In this document: piece after piece, positions 62,356 to 64,000 of the stretch
Layout: each line of letters begins with the position of its first letter
Numbering within the stretch: the first letter of the stretch is position 1
Assembly (NCBI RefSeq): GCF_006345805.1
Contig: NW_021835993.1
Coordinates: forward strand, 248,001 to 312,000
DNA length: 64,000 nt
Reading direction: 5' to 3'
Source of the DNA: Octopus sinensis
Taxonomy: Eukaryota
Translations under genes and position numbers: made by a program
The notes under the pieces: model-generated
Seen by the model: the letters and a program-made list of their open reading frames with translations, nothing else
Told to the model about the DNA's origin: nothing
Databases searched by the model: none

Positions 62356-62954
62356 TCGTTCATTAATTAAAATTGCATTGGAAAAAAGAAAAATTAAAAG
62401 GAGCATCTAATGAAGAATTTGTGACACGTCAGCAAGATGAATATGCTTTTTTATTTGAAATAGGTACAATTTTTATTTGTAATAATTATTTTAATAATTC
62501 TTTCAAAAAATATGGTGAAACCGATGCAAGTGATATTCATGCACAGAGCCAATGCTCTCTCAAAGATTTTTCTACAAGGCTCGCCTTTTGAGATAATAGA
62601 AATTTTTACTCAAATGTGTCAAAATCTCGATTTTTCGCGGTAAGTTGTACATCTGACCGTATTCCAAGAGGTTTCGATACGTGTGGAGCAGTTGCAACTT
62701 CTTTTTTCATTGGTGACGAAAATACATGTTTAAAATTATTAAAACGCGTTTCGAGTTGTTTTAAAAATCTGTTAATTGCACACTCTATTCAAAGTCGGCA
62801 ATCTGTTAATTCCGCACTCTATCAAGGTCAAATTTAATAATAGCTTTAATTTTGATTCATAGTCGATAATGATATTTGGCATTTAATTTTAAAGAGAAAA
62901 TCTGGAAGGTTTTAGGGACTTAATCATGCGTGACAGAATATTCACTTTGTTCAT

Positions 62955-64000
62955 TTTAATTATTATTAAAGCAATCTCGCGGAATCAAAAAGTTAATTAA
63001 GATTCCACTTTTGCCATCCGACTCAGGATACGCTCTGTTAGTCGTATCCACGCTCCCCTGTTACGTGCGAGGTATCTCAGTTCGTACAGATCATCGGCCG
63101 ATTTCAGTTTCCTTCCAATCGACGTGAGATCATGGTCGAGCGTAGTCGGTAATGTTGTTCTTTGTCGGCCCCTATATGCCGTTTTATTTAATGAGCAGAA
63201 GTAGGATTCCATGTTCTGATTGGCCGGCGTCATTTCCGAGGCTCTTAGGACATGTCCAAAGAGCATCCACTTCATGGAAGTCACTTTCTTTGCAATCTCG
63301 GATGTATGGGTGATTCTGTAGAGTTCATTATTGGTCATCTTTTTTGGCCAGTGAATTCCCAGGAGTAGTCGTAGCTGTTTTCTGTGGAAAGAGTTGAGCT
63401 GCTCCAGTTCTTTAGCGGTTAGGCCCCAGGTCCCCGCGTTGTAAAGCAAGATTGGTTCGACAAAGGAGTTGTACAGCCGAATTCGAAGGCGGGTTCCTAT
63501 GTACTTGCGCCTCATCCAGATCGTCCACATTTTTTTGAAGGATGCAACAGCCAGCACTTTTCTTCGGATAACGTCCTCCGAGTCCACAAGGAGAGATCCA
63601 ACTTTCTTGCATGTTCTCCACTTCTCCTCGTTTCTCGTCCCCAGGCGGGATATGGTAGTTCTTTCCGTTTTGTCAGGGTTTATTACAAGGGACCAGTCCT
63701 TCAACGAATGAGGGATCACTTTTAATAAGTTTTCCAGTGAGTCCTGATCTCGGGAGACGAAGTCAATATCGTCAGCGTAAATTACTTCCATCACGTTGGT
63801 AAAGCATTTATTTCTCCGAAGAGGTCTTAGGGCTGCCTCCAGGTAGATTATGAATAGAACCGGAGATAACGAGTCGCCCTGAGGTACGCCAGTGTCGGTT
63901 TTAAACTTCATCGAGGTATAGTTTCCCACACGCACGGATAGCGATGTGTTGGCGAGTAAGAATCTGATCATACGTAATGCATCCCCATCTAGGATGCCTT
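62955..64000 (-). mobile_element. RTE-like LINE 3' half, open frame running off the window
   Basis: 324+ aa: TGVPQGDSLSPVLF, YADDIDFV, WMLFGHVLR; short TAA repeats after the stop. Confidence 0.9.

Noticed and set aside
62400-62840. Plus-strand open frames and a short 23-nt direct repeat
   Set aside because: No consistent spliced model or motif; cannot be supported as a gene.
1-64000. tRNA, rRNA or snRNA genes
   Set aside because: No cloverleaf, T-loop in a tRNA context or extended rRNA/snRNA match was seen by eye; tRNAscan-SE or Infernal would be needed to exclude them.

Overview
A compact, AT-rich animal genome segment: about 25 protein-coding genes, most broken by very short spliceosomal introns (about 22-32 nt), interleaved with decayed transposons. 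The tiny introns plus animal genes (protocadherin, LRRC23, GIT) suggest a dicyemid-like mesozoan; this is inference, not a taxonomic proof. The ORF track fragments nearly every gene, so models were spliced by eye and exon edges may be a few bases off. Recognised genes: SPT2, calmodulin-like, ICT1/MRPL58-like, RANGAP1, USB1, peflin-like, ARL3, GALNT7-like, FRA10AC1, AP-3 sigma, GAK-like, SRSF7-like, LRRC23, protocadherin, MIC60, an SLC16 transporter, DUSP14-like, SMARCAL1, CTNNBL1 and GIT-like, plus several orphans. Mobile elements: about nine CRE-like fragments, four RTE-like LINEs, Jockey-like, hAT and possible gypsy remnants, and a REL-type retroelement resembling microsporidian families. 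Best leads: a decayed intronless bacterial-type pyruvate kinase, an ICT1 lacking GGQ, a candidate GA-AG micro-intron, an out-of-frame SRSF7 zinc knuckle, an operon-tight three-gene cluster, X-boxes at two ciliary genes, and a copied FRA10AC1 fragment. All family assignments come from remembered motifs; no database search was run.
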